A stretch of 64,000 nt of DNA from positions 242,544,001 to 242,608,000 of the forward strand of contig OZ024740.1 in the NCBI GenBank assembly GCA_964016885.1, read 5' to 3'. Under the pieces are notes generated by a model, which had not been told where the DNA came from, made no database searches, and was given only the letters and a program-made list of their open reading frames with translations. Position numbers and translations under genes: made by a program. Each line of letters starts with the position of its first letter. Positions within the stretch are counted from its first letter, which is position 1. The stretch comes from Eledone cirrhosa. Its lineage: Eukaryota. Positions 1 through 13,413 of this stretch are shown here, in pieces.

Positions 1-2549
1 GGAGGAGAGTAACGTGGTGGTGGAACAGTAAGGTGGAGGAGTCAATTAAGGCCAAAAAGCAGGCTTAGAAAGTATAGCGGGATGGGGGAAGTAGAGAAGA
101 CTATCAAGTCGCCAGGAGGGAAGCTAGGAGACAAGTGAATTTCACAAGAAGGGAAGCAGAGGAAAGAAAGTTCAAGCATGTTCTACAATGCGAGGACCAA
201 AAACGTGAGGTATTCAGGATTGTTAGGCAATGCGTCAAGGAAAACCGTGATATTGTCGGTCAAGTGTGTCCTTAATGATGATGGTATACTTGCCATCACT
301 GACACTGATAAGAAGGTAGCTTGGAAGTGTCACTATGAAAGGTTACTAAATGAGGAGAATAAATGGGAGAAAGACAGTCTCCCCCACATCGATCCAATAG
401 AAGGACCAGCAGTGCTAGTTGAAGGTAGTATAATAAGTAAGGCAATCAAAGATATGAAGACGGGTAAGGCGGCTGGGCCTTCGGAAATAGTTGCTGAAAT
501 GCTGAAAGCATCTGGAACGGTGGGACACACTATGGTCACCCGGATAGTAAACCAAGTCATACAGAATTGGGTCATACCAAATGACTGGCGTAGCAGCATC
601 ATCATTAACTGCTACAAGGGTAAAGGAGATGCCCTAGATAGGGGTAACTATAGAGGCATTAAATTAATCGACCAGGTCATGAAGGTCACGGAAAAAGTAA
701 TAGTGCAACTAATCATAGAACGAATTGATCTAGATGAAATGCAGTTCGGGTTTGTGTCAGGTAAAAGTAACACAGACACTCTTTTCCTTGTATGACAACT
801 ACAGGAGTAGTACCTAGCTAAAAGTAAACCCCTATACTTAGCTTTTGTCGACTTGGAGAAAGCCTTTGACAGAGTCCCCCGCTCCATTATCTGGTGGGCT
901 CTTAGAAAACTAGGTGTTGATGAATGGCTCGTGAGAGCTATACAAGCCATGTATAAAGAAACAGTCAGCAAGGTTAGAATTAACAACGAATATAGTGAAG
1001 AGTTTAGCGTAAAAGTTGGTGTTCATCAGGGCTCTGTTCTTAGCCCCCTACTATTTATTATTGCCCTTCAGGCTATAACAGAGGAGTTCAAGACCGGCTG
1101 CCCATGGGAACTCCTATATGCAGATGATCTAACGCTTATAGCTGAATCAATGGCTGAACTAGAGAAGAAATTCCAAACATGGAAGCATGGCCTAAAATCA
1201 AAAGGCCTTAAAGTTAACTTGTCTAAGACTAAAGTTCTAGTTTGTAGGAAGGAAAATAGGGCACCGGTCCCATCCAGGAAATGGCCATGCTCAGTGTGTA
1301 GGAAAGGAGTAGGCAGAAACTCCATTTTATGTCCCAAATGCAAAGTATGGGTGCATAAAAGATGTAGTGGGATCACAGGTAAGCTAACTAAGAATATAGA
1401 TTTTATATGTGGCCGCTGTTCTCTGGCAATAAGTAGCAGCAAGTGCCAACAGAATACTAGCTCATTCCATTGCACAGATGGTTCTATAGAAATAGTGGAC
1501 ACCTTCCGTTACCTGGGTGACAAAATCAGCAGTGGTGGAGGGTGCTCTGAAAGTACAGTAGCTAGAGTCAGAACGGGATGGAAAAAGTTCAGAGAGCCTA
1601 TACCACTATTGGCCGCTAAAGTGTTCTCTCTAAAAATGAAAGGCAGACTTTATGATGCCTGCATACGAACAGCAATGTTGCATGGCAGTGAGACCTGGGC
1701 ATTGTGTGCAGAGGATATACGCAGACTGGAGAGGAACGAAGCTTGCATGCTCCGCTGGATGTGTAATAGTAATATACGTGAACGGCAAAGCATAAACAAA
1801 CTAAGGGAGAAATTAGGAATAAGAGGGATCAGATGTTGTTTAATCGCGAGAAGACTACATTGGTATGGTCACGTGATGCGCATGAAAGACGACAGCTGTA
1901 TAAAAAAGTGCAGGGCAATAAAATAGACGGTAGCCAAGGAGTAGGCAGACCCAGAAAAACCTGGGACGACTTGATAAATTCCGACCTCACACACTTACAC
2001 CTCTCCAAGACAATATCACTGGACCGAGATCTTTGGGGCTACACAGTTATACAGAAGACACGCCTTGCCAAAGTACAAAGCGAAACCTACAGTCAGTAGG
2101 CACCTCTAACAAAAATACATCCCCGTCCCACTACCCCCACCTCATCCACACCACCCCCTTAAATGTGAAGTATGTTGGTACCACAAAATCCAGTCCGAAA
2201 TAAATGAGGTTGTGTAGGTGTCACGACAAAAAACACACAGTCCATGCTGTAATGTGGTTGGTGTTGGGAAGGGCACCCTGCCATAGAAAACCCGCCAGAT
2301 GTGTAGGTGTCACGACAAAAAAACACACAGTCCACGCTATAATGTGGCCATGTAGGTAACACGGTAAAAACCTCCCAGTCCACACTGTAAACATGGTTGG
2401 TGTTAGGAAGGGCACCCAGCTGTAGAAAACCCGCCAGACAGTCCTATACGAGCAGGACAACAATTCTTGCCTCAAGTGGGAAAATTCTCGTCCAAACTCA
2501 TAAAAGCTTGGAAGATGGACATTAAATGATGATGATGATGATGATGATG
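1..2549 (+). mobile_element. RTE-clade LINE, disrupted; RT with PHD insertion, 3' UTR and (TGA)n tail; extends beyond the left window edge
   Basis: ORFs 178-795 and 853-1926 give RT motifs (YKGKGD..NYRGIKL, QFGF, EKAFDRVP, GVHQGSVLSPLLF, LLYADDL, FRYLG) and an RTE C-terminus (WYGHVMR, GRPRKTW). Stops or frameshifts lie near 76, 790-810 and 1920. Ends in TGA repeats at about 2526-2549. Confidence 0.95.
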
Positions 2550-2756
2550 ACAGACTAAATAGATTCCTATCCAATCAGATGTGGAGGTAGATACCATCAG
2601 TCAACATTCCAAATGTATGTTTCAGCATGACTGTGAAAAAGATGCCAAGCAATGTGGGGGCAAACACTCAACACTGCTTCGCATCACTGCAAATGTTAAA
2701 CATCTCTGAAGAAGAGCCATTAAATTGAATGACACCTTTAAAGATGTGGGTGAAAG

Positions 2757-2758
<2 letters not shown>

Positions 2759-2833
<75 letters not shown>

Positions 2834-2834
2834 C

Positions 2835-2931
<97 letters not shown>

Positions 2932-2972
2932 CATATATATATATATACATACATATATATATATATATATAC
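2759..2972. repeat. (TA)n/(TACA) microsatellite
   Basis: Direct read; it lies in the spacer between two inverted LINEs. Confidence 0.98.
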
Positions 2973-2974
2973 AT

Positions 2975-5838
2975 CATAATCATCATCATCATCATCATCA
3001 TCATCAACGTTTAACGTCCGTGTTCCACGCTTGCATGGGTTTGGACGGGGGTTTTCCCACTTGAGGCAAGAGTGATTGTCTTGCTCGCATAGGACTATCT
3101 GGCGGGTTTTCTACAGCTGGATGCCCTTCCTAACACCAACCACATTTACAGTGTGGGTCTGGGAGGTTTTTACCGTGATGCCTACACAGTCACATTACAG
3201 CATGGACTGTGTGTTTTTTGTTGTGACACCTACACGATCTCATTTGTTTCGGCCTGGATGTTGTGGCACCAACATAACTTTACATTGAAAGGGGCGGTGT
3301 GGATGGGGTGGGGGTGGTGGGACGGGGGTGTGTTTTGTTAGAGATGCCTACTGACTGTAGTAGGTTTTACTTTGTATTTAGGTAAGGCGGGTCTTCTCTA
3401 TTACTGAGTACCGCCAAAGGTCTCCAAAGGTCTCGGTCCAGTGACATTGTCTTGGAGAGGTGTACGCGTGTGAGGTCGGAATTTATCATGTCGTCCCAGG
3501 TTTTTCTGGGTCTGCCTACTCCGTGGCTACCGTCTATCTTTATTGCCCTGCACTTTGTTATACAGCTGTCGTCTTTCATGCGCATCACGTGACCGTACCA
3601 ACGTAGCCTTCTCTCGAGTAAACAACATCTGATCCCTCTTATTTCTAATTTTTTCCTTAGTTCGTTTATGCTTAGCCGTTCACGTATATTACTATTACAC
3701 ATCCAGCGGAGCATGCAAGCTTCGTTCCTCTCTAGTCTGCGTATATCCTCTGCACACAATGCCCAGGTCTCACTGCCATGCAGCATTGCTGTTCGTATGC
3801 AGGCATCATATAACCTGCCTTTCATTTTTAGGGAGAACCCTTTAGCGGCTAATAGTGGTATAAGCTCTCTGAACTTTTTCCATCCAGTTCTGACTCTAAC
3901 TTCTGTACTTTCAAAGCACCCTCCCCACTGCTGATTTTGTCACCCAGGTAACGGAAGCTGTCCACTATTTCTATAGAACCCTCTGCACAATTGAAAGAGC
4001 TAGTATTTTGTGGGCACTTGCTGCTACTTATTACACCAGAGCACCGGCCACATGTAAAATCTATGTTTTTAGTTAGCTTACCTGTGATCCCACTACATCT
4101 TTTATGCCCCCATACTTTGCATTTGGGACATAAAATGGAGTTTCTACCTACGCCTTTCCTACACACTGAGCATGGCCATTTCCCGGAAGGGACCGCCGCC
4201 TTATTTTCTTTCCTACAAACTAGAACTTTAGTCTTAGCCAGGTTAATTTTAAGGCCTTTTGATTCTAGGCCATGCTTCCATGTTTGGAATTTCTTCTCTA
4301 GCTTGGTCATTGATTCAGCTATGAGCGTTAGATCATCTGCGTATAGGAGTTCCCATGGGCAGCCGGTCTTGAACTCCTCTGTTATAGCCTGAAGGGCAAT
4401 AATAAATAGTAGGGGGCTAAGAACAGAGCCCTGATGGACACCAACTTTTACGCTAAACTCTTCACTATATTCGTTGTTAATTCTAACCTTGCTGACTGTT
4501 TCTTTATACATGGCTTGTATAGCTCTCACAAGCCATTCATCAACACCTAGTTTTCTAAGAGACCACCAGATAATGGAACGGGGGACTCTGTCGAAGGCTT
4601 TCTCCAAGTCAACAAAAGCTAAGTATAGGGGTTTTCTTTTAGCTAGGTACTTCTCCTGGAGTTGTTGTACAATGAAAAGAGCATCTGTGGTACTTTTGCC
4701 TGACACAAAGCCGAACTGCATTTCATCTAGATCAATTCTCTCTCTGATTAGTTGCACTATTACTTTTTCCGTGACCTTCATGACCTGGTCGATTAATTTA
4801 ATGCCTCTATAGTTACACCTATCTAGGGCATCTCCTTTACCCTTGTAACAGTTAATGATGATGCTGCTATGCCAGTCCTTCGGAACAACCCCATTCTGTA
4901 TGACTTGGTTTACTATCCGGGTGACCATGGTGTGTCCCACCGTTCCAGAGGCTTTCAGCATCTCAGTAACTATTTCCGAAGGCCCAGCCGCTTTTCCCGT
5001 CTTCATATCTTTGATTGCCTTACTTATTATACTACCTTTGACTAACACTGCTGGTCCCTCTATTGGGTTGATATGGGGGAGACTGTCTTTCTCCCATTTG
5101 TTCTCCTCATTTAGAAGCCTTTCGTAGTGACACTTCCAAGCTACCTTCTTATCAGCGTCAGTGATGGCAAGTATGCCATCATCATTAAGGACACACTTCT
5201 CCCCGACAATATCACGGTTTTCCTTGACACATTGCCTAGCAATCCTGAACACCTCACGTTTTTGGTCCTCACGTAGAACATGCTTGAACTTTCTTTCCTC
5301 TGCTTCCCTTCTTGTGAAGTACACTTGTCTCCTAGCTTCCCTCTTGGCCACTTGATAGTCTTCTCTACTTCCCCCATCCCGCCATACTTTCTAAGCCTGC
5401 TTTTTGGCCTTAATTGACTCCTCCACCTTACTGTTCCACCACCACGTTACTCTCCTCCTGCCTATAGGCCTGCTCCAGCCACAGACTTCATCTGCCGCCT
5501 TCAGCAGGTTAGCTTTCAGGAATTACCACTGTTCCTCTATATTGTACGACTCTAATTGCTCTTCCTTACTGTCGAAAGCATCAAGTAATATGCTTTTAAA
5601 TTTATTACTGGCTGTGGGGTCCTTTAGCTTCCATATTTTTCTCCTGAGGATAATCCTCTTCTGTTGTCGAGTACGTCTCGTCCTGACTATGAGGTCGCTA
5701 ATTATCCGTTTATGTTGGGAGGTGCATTCTTCATGGGGGAGGGATTTAGTGTTTACAACAGACACTCTGTCACGTCTTCTGGTAAGGATATAATCTACCT
5801 GGCTTGTGTGTTCCCCCGATCTATAGGTGATCAAGTGA
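2975..5838 (-). mobile_element. RTE-clade LINE, 5'-truncated (end of APE domain, RT+PHD, 3' UTR, tail)
   Basis: ORFs 5523-5834 (ITYRSG..SQVDYIL, APE end), 3849-5351 (RT) and 3367-3825 (C-terminus) are near-identical to the 1-2549 copy. Frameshift near 3925. (CAT)n at about 2975-3006 is the tail. Confidence 0.95.
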
Positions 5839-5857
5839 TTGTCTCATATATATATAT

Positions 5858-6427
<570 letters not shown>

Positions 6428-6921
6428 TGTGCATGTGTGTATTATGAGTACATTTGGTTGGATTAGTCAGAGATGTTATGTAACTTGCTATATCACAGGA
6501 AGTGAAGTCATTGTAATACTGGAAGAAGACATGACAAAAAACCTATGCTATTGCATGTTCTTGGACAGTTAAGCTTTAACTAATCAGACAGATATTTCAT
6601 TTACTTAGAGGGGTATACAGCACAGAATATTTCTCTGTGTAACAGTAGTAGCATCATCCTCGATATATGAGAATTACAATAAAGTGGTTGACACCAATGC
6701 TTTGTAAACTTGTCATGAACTGATTAGTACTGAAGCAATTTCTGGCGCTGATTTGAAAGCCTATATTTTGTGATCAGTTTCAGTAATATCATACATGTGA
6801 TGTCCCTATGAGAAATCATTGCAAATTGTAATGCCTACTATTTGCCACAAATTTGAGGGTCTTAGCTATGTATTTGTTATTATTGTTTTAATCTAGTCCT
6901 AAGTCAGCTCTAAAACCCAAG

Positions 6922-7218
6922 GTCTTTCAAACATATGTCAAATATATGCATGATGTGAAGAGTATTTGAGTGTTATTTCTAGCAGATAAAATGCCCTAGA
7001 ATAAGCAACCCAATTGGCTTGGGTAGTGTAATGTATGACAGAAGAAAAAGAGAGTAAAATACTATTCGAAAAGTCTTTCAAACATATGTCAAATATATGC
7101 ATGATGTGAAGAGGATTTGGGTGCTATTTCTAGCAGATAAAATGCCCTAGAATAAGCAACCCAATTGGCTTGGGTCGTGTAATGTATGACAGAAGAAAAA
7201 GAGAGTAAAATACTATTC
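6922..7218. repeat. Tandem duplication, 151-bp period
   Basis: GTCTTTCAAACATATGTC...TACTATTC occurs at 6922-7067 and 7073-7218 with only a few substitutions. Confidence 0.93.
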
Positions 7219-8227
7219 CATTGGTAAGTGTAGCTACAGTGGTAAATTAACTGAGCCATTAGAATATTGGATAGAATGCTTTGCAGTATTTGTTCCGGCT
7301 CTCTGCACACTGAGATCAACTATGCCTTTCATCCTTTTGAGGCCGATAAAAAAAAGATACCAGTACAATACTGGGGTCGACACTTCCAATATATCTTTTT
7401 CTCACTCCCTCTCTATATATTCTTACTCCTTCTTTGGAAGAAATTGGCTGTGTTCAGACCTGGAGGTCTGCCAGGTTTAAAATACCCAAGAAACGCCATG
7501 TGTCACTATGGCGCCTCTATGACTCCATCAGGAGTTCTGGATTTAAAAGAAGAAAAAGAAGTATAGCAGTAATTATAACTTAGTGACTGTTGAAAGAGAC
7601 AATGAGACTAGCTTTTCATGTCCATATTAATTATAGAGAGTACTAAGCTATAATTAATAATATATAAATAAAAGTTGCATTGAAGCATTAACACAGTTTA
7701 TTTAAAATAAAAAAATGAAATTTACAATTCATCAATGTTTGCATATTAAAAAAGTTGACAGAAAACTGGTTGTGTCTAATGAAATAAAATGTAAATGTTC
7801 ACTTTGACTTTTACACACATTGCTTCTAATTATAGTGTGCAATGGTTTGGGAGTGGAATATTTTGAGAAAAAAAGTTATGCGCTATCTATGTAAAACCAT
7901 AGGAATTGTGAAGAACAATATAACAGAATGATGTTGCCAAGAACAGATCAAAAGAAATGATAATATGAAAATAAGATGATATCAAAGTCACTAGCTTCAT
8001 ACAATTTTATCAAGTAATTCCCTCCCTCTCTCTGCACACACACACACCCATATGTATATACAATATTGGTTTGAGCATGTACATCTGTGTATGTGTAATC
8101 TAGTAATTTATGGATCTAACATATATACACAAACATACATATGGACACACACACAAATACTTGCATGCTGAACAGCCCAGACACTCATACGGAATTATGT
8201 GTTTGTATGTGTGTATGCATTTACATA

Positions 8228-8519
8228 TTTTCATTTTCATTTCATTTTACGTCCGCTTTTTCCCTGCTTGCAAGGGTGGGACGGGAACTGATTCTGGCTT
8301 GATTTCTACAGCTGGATGCCCTTCCTAACACCAACCTCATTTACAGTGAGTGCTGGGTGCTTTTTTGCCGTGGCACCTCCACGACCACTTTGCAATTGAA
8401 TGATATGGACCCCAGTCCCTATCATCTCATTTCTACAGCTGAGTAAACTGGAGTAATGTGAAATAAAGTGTCTTGCTCAAGGAAACAACACATCACCTGG
8501 TCTGAGAATTGAACTCACA
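8228..8519 (-). mobile_element. CORE-type SINE with RTE-like 3' module (5'-truncated)
   Basis: Reverse complement closely matches 13115-13405. Confidence 0.85.
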
Positions 8520-8621
8520 TAAATATATATACCTATATGCATAAAGAATATTTGGAATCCAGCCCCATGTTGTCTTTTCTATATATATGTATATATATAT
8601 ATATATATATAAATAATTGCG

Positions 8622-8900
8622 AAGGCGCATGGCTTAGTGGTTAGAGCATTAGGCTTGCAATCGAAAGGTTGAGTTCAATTCTTGGACCGGGTGATCTGTT
8701 GTTTCCTTGAGCAAGACACTTTATTTCACGTTGGTCCAGTTTACTCAGCTAAAAATGAGTACCAGCAATAGCTGGAGGTTTAACCCTGCGATGGACTGGC
8801 GTCCTGTCCAGGGAGGAGTCTTGTACTCTCAGTCGCTTCACGCCATGAAACCGGGATAAGCACCAGCCACATGAGTCCTCTGGATTAAGACAGACTTTAG
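8622..8900 (+). mobile_element. tRNA-derived CORE-type SINE
   Basis: A-box TGGCTTAGTGG, B-box GAGTTCAATTC, CORE-like CCTTGAGCAAGACACTT, then ACCCTGCGATGGACTGGCGTCCTGTCCAGGG. Confidence 0.85.
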
Positions 8901-9046
8901 ATATAAATAATTACAACAGTGACATAAACAGGTACTCATCCTATAGACTGAGTGCTCTTACCCGTGGATATTTCCACCTAACTTTTACTACGGTATATAT
9001 ATATATATATATATTCACTTACGTGTGTGTATGTGTGCAGATCTGT

Positions 9047-10230
9047 TCATCATCATCATCATCAGCATCATCATCATCATCATTGTTTTTATGTCCATTT
9101 TTCCATGCTCGCATGGTTTGGATGGGTCCTTTTCAACACAGCATCTCTCCACTCTTTGCATTCCTTCATCATCTCCTCTGTGAGTTTCAGTGATTTGAGA
9201 TCAGCTCTTATCACTTCCACCCAGGTCTTCCTACCTTGGAATTTCTTGCCATTTCTTGACCCATCAATCATCATCCATGCACATCACATGTCTGCACCAA
9301 TGCTGTTTACTCACTTGAACACCACTTTTGGATTCCTCTTAAACCCAGTTTTTCCCTCAATTCATCCAGGTTCTGACTTTCTCTCATATTTACATTGCAC
9401 ATCTAATGAAACATGGTTGCTTCATTTCTCTCCAGTCTATGCATGTTCTCTGCAGTCACTGTCCATGTTTCACTACCATGTAGCATTACACTTCACAAAC
9501 AGGCATCATACAGAGATCCTTTTTTATGTTTGGAGAAACCTTTTGTTGCCAACAGTGGGTGTAGCTCTCTAAACTTCTTCCATCCTATCTTTGATTGCTT
9601 TATAACTATTAATTTCAATAGCTGATTTCTCTGCTGAATAAGTTGGGTGTAGTATCTCTTACTATCATTTATTTTCTACATTCAGCAGCCTCTCATAATA
9701 ACCTTTCCAGGCCTTTTTCTTTTGAGCAGTAGTCATGCTAAGTTCACCAGTGTCAGTTCTAACACCCTTTCCCCCAACAACATCCCAATTCACGCCAACG
9801 CTGGATTGTGTCCTCTGATCCTCATGTCACAAGACATTGGTAAACTTTCTTTCTTCAGACTCTTTCCAAGCTCTATATACCTGTCCTCTAGCTTCTCTCT
9901 TTGCTACCTGGTACTGGTTTCTGCTACCCTCATTCTTCCAGTCTTTCCATGTCTGTCTCTTGGCTTTAATGACTCCATCCTCTTCCACCAGCAGGTCACT
10001 CTCTGTCTGGCTGGTGCTTTCCCCAGCCACAAGTCTCATCAGTAGTTCACAATAGGTTGAGATGTAAGAATTTACAATTGCCCTCTATCTTATATGTATC
10101 TAACTTGTCACGTCTCTTATCAAATGCATCCTATAGGGACTTTCTAAACCTATATTTAACAGAAAGGTCTTTTAGCTTCCAAACCTGTCTCCATATTTTC
10201 TGCATATATTATTTTGTCTTGTGTTTATCC
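9047..10230 (-). mobile_element. Degenerate, internally deleted RTE LINE
   Basis: Translations GRKTWVEVIRADL..WRDAVLKRT and AKRQTWKDWK..YQVAKREAR; (CAT)n tail at about 9047-9083. Confidence 0.85.
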
Positions 10231-12374
10231 TGATGTCATTAATAACTAATATACACCTACCTATCTATCCATACACAACACACTCACCCACACATCCATC
10301 CATACATACGTACATAGATTCATATATATACATGGTCAGAATAAATTATCATATTTGGCATTTAAAGATTGTTGACCAGATAAACAATATGGATATCAAT
10401 GCCTTGTTTATTTCCAATGACAAATACAGTATCTTGGAATTTATGAGAATGTTGTATATGTTGGTGTGGTGAATTATGTTAGAATGGCAAAGGAATATAT
10501 CAGCAGACTTTAGAAGGTATGGCAGTCAGAACTGTTTGCATCTATGTCATAGCACCATTAAAAATGCTTCACTATTTGTTCCAGCTCACTGTGTTCTGAG
10601 TTCAAATCTTCCTAAGGTCAATTTCTCCTGTCATCCTTTCAAGGTTGATTAATAAAGTACTAGGCCAGTAATGGGATCGATTTCTTTATCCAGGAGAAAT
10701 TCTTTTTCCATGAGATAGTACTTTGTTGCTAAAACTATTTGCCTTGCTATTCACAGATTATTCTGACTGCCATACATAGTGGAGACCAGAGCCAGAATGT
10801 ATCTATGCCTGTAAAAATAGGAATACTGGTGGAACTTGCCAATAAAAATAAGAATGCAGAACTAACACGACAAACCTGGTAGTGTTACATGGAACAGAGA
10901 AAAAAGGTCAGGCATATAGTAGAAGTTCGCTGGAACTTTTCATTTAAAGTTGTGGCAAAACACATCATCTATGATGAACTCATACAGAACTTACAGTTCT
11001 TGTACTTGAACTATAGATCTCATTTAAAATTCAGTAAGAGATTTTGGTGAATAAAACTTCCATCATAATTTTCATCATTCATTACTGTTGAACATCTATT
11101 TTCCATGCTTGCATGGGTTAGATGGGTTATCACATTCTGAGGTACCCACAGCACTCTGCTAGCAGAGAAAACAGAAATTAAAAGATGATGCTCTATGTTA
11201 GAATATTCTATTCAGTTGTACTTTGAAAGTCAGCTTAATTTATTGATAAATAAAAAAATAAAAAATACATTACATTAATTTTATCAAAATAAATGAGGTT
11301 TTAAAAGAGATGATGCTTTAAATAACTTTGAAAGAATAAAAAGAAAAGAAAGGAAGAAAACAAAATATATCATTTTATTCTCAACCTTGATAAATAAGAG
11401 AAAGAGCCATAATTTGTATGTATCGGTATAGTACAGTGTCATTAATGAATAATATTCACAATGTATGATGAGATTTCAATGAGCAGGATGAGGTCAGCAA
11501 TGGTTTTCTGTTCAAGATTATTATGTCCAACAGAAATATGGACACTTCAATAAAATGGTTGGAGCTCAAAAATATAAAAGTAACCAATCATGGGAGAAAT
11601 GCTATCCCATCTAATAAAAAGTTGTTATTTTGCTCAAGCCTTTAATTTTAGTCTTCTGTTATAATTTCATTTACATCTAGAATGTTTTACAGGAATATTA
11701 AATCAATCCCAGCACTTGATTAGTGCCTTATTCTATTTACAATGGATGGATGAAAAACAAAAAAACAAAGGTGACTTCTGTATGATTTCAACTTAGATTC
11801 TAAATAGAACTGGCAATTTCTGCAGATACTAATATTTCTGCAAATCCAACATAATTGTAGCATATAAATAGTCCATTTTTGATTAAAAAAATATGAGCAG
11901 GAAAAGTCTAAATAAATATATCTATAATAGTGAATCCTATCACACATTCAGTTAAAGGGCACTACTGAAGACTTCAGTTTTATATCATGTATCTATGGCA
12001 AGTCAGCATAACGGAAAACTTTCATTTCCATGTTGTACCATTAGGATTGGTTGAACACAGCTCAATTCACATGACAGTGCTGCTGCAACGACCATCCAAG
12101 AATTAATCGATCATGTTATAAACACAACACCACTGGTGACTGGATATAGACAACCAGTCTCACAGCTGCTTATCCAGTATCCCATATGATTGGCTTTTCT
12201 TCAATAGAAATATAACTTTACAGATACACATAATACATACCATCAGATATTTTAGAAACTCTGTATGTATCCTTTTATAAAAGCTATGCTAATTCTTCAA
12301 ATTCAGTGTGGTTTTTCTTGTTAAGTAGAGTAGGTGTTACATATTATAAGTATATATATATATATAAGTTAAAG

Positions 12375-12578
12375 TTAAAGTTTGTCACAAGCCCAGAGGC
12401 TATCAGGCTGGTGCTTATTTTAGTTTCATAGGCATTACACAACTGAGAGTACAAAACTCCTCCTTTGACAGGACGCCATTCCATTGCAAGATTAATCCTC
12501 CACTGCAGCTACTACTGGTACTTAATTTCAGCTGTGTATACTTGAACAATGTGAAATGAAGTATTTTGCTCAAGAACC
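12375..12578 (-). mobile_element. CORE-type SINE, degenerate
   Basis: Reverse complement resembles 8700-8890 (TTGAGCAAAATACTTCATTTCAC, GGCGTCCTGTCAAAGGAGGAG). Confidence 0.7.
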
Positions 12579-13067
12579 CGCTCCCATCCATATATCTATT
12601 TATATCTATCTATTTATCTATCTACCTATCTATCTATTTATCTATCTATATTGATATAATTGCTAAATAGTAATGAATTACTGTTATAGCTAGCTAACAT
12701 CTCAAGATATGAGTTTAATAGACAAATAACCTAAATTCTAACATACCTAGTTTCATCATCATCGTTTGATTGCACTAACAGACAGCTACAACCCTCCTCC
12801 ATCCATTGCAGCTTTCATAATCAGTTGTGATCCAATAATCAGGCAATTAACCTTAGCCACCAATAGGATTGCAATATCTAGGAAGAGTTTGAACACTGAA
12901 TGCAATGTATCAGAACAGATACTGCAAGACATCTTGTCCAACACTTTAAAAATCCCCCCAGTCCACCACCATGGACTGGTATTTTATTTTATTGATCCTG
13001 AATAGATGAAAGTCAAAGTCAACCTCAGGATTTAAACAAGAGAGCTAAAACAATTACTACAAGATAT

Positions 13068-13413
13068 GGAGGCACATGGCTTAGTGGTTAGAGCATTAGC
13101 CTTGCAATCGAAAGGTTGTGAGTTCAATTCTAAGACTGGGTGATGTGTTGTTTCCTTGAGCAAGACACTTTATTTCACATTGCTCCAGTTTACTCAGCTG
13201 TAGAAATGAGATGATAGGGACTGGGGTCCCTATCATTCCACTGCAAAGTGGTCGTGGAGGTGCAATGGCAAAAAAGCACCCAGCCCACACTGTAAATGAG
13301 GTTGGTGTTAGGAAGGGCATCCAGCTGTAGAAATCAAGCCAGAATCAGTTCCCATCCCACCCTTGCAAGCAGGGAAAAGCGGACGTAAAATGAAATGAAA
13401 ATGAATGAATGAA
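13068..13413 (+). mobile_element. Full-length tRNA/CORE SINE ending in the RTE-shared 3' module
   Basis: A/B boxes and CORE motif, then GGTGTTAGGAAGGGCATCCAGCTGTAGAAA as in the LINE 3' UTR, and a (TGAA)n-like tail. Confidence 0.88.

Noticed and set aside
333-1502. Antisense ORFs over the LINE RT (also 3991-5127)
   Set aside because: Shadow ORFs of the LINE coding strand.
2622-3064. ORFs of YI/IY repeats (also at 29.8, 32.7, 57.7 and 61.3 kb) and HT/CV/ER/SL repeats
   Set aside because: They are translations of (TA)n, (CA)n and (GA)n microsatellites.
8622-8700. tRNA gene candidates (also 13068, 14764, 41881)
   Set aside because: A/B boxes without a full cloverleaf, continuing into SINE bodies.
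10005-10045. Minus-strand CTGATGA...GAAA
   Set aside because: Lies in LINE coding sequence and stems II and III do not pair; chance match. The same applies to the SDEK codons at about 44070.
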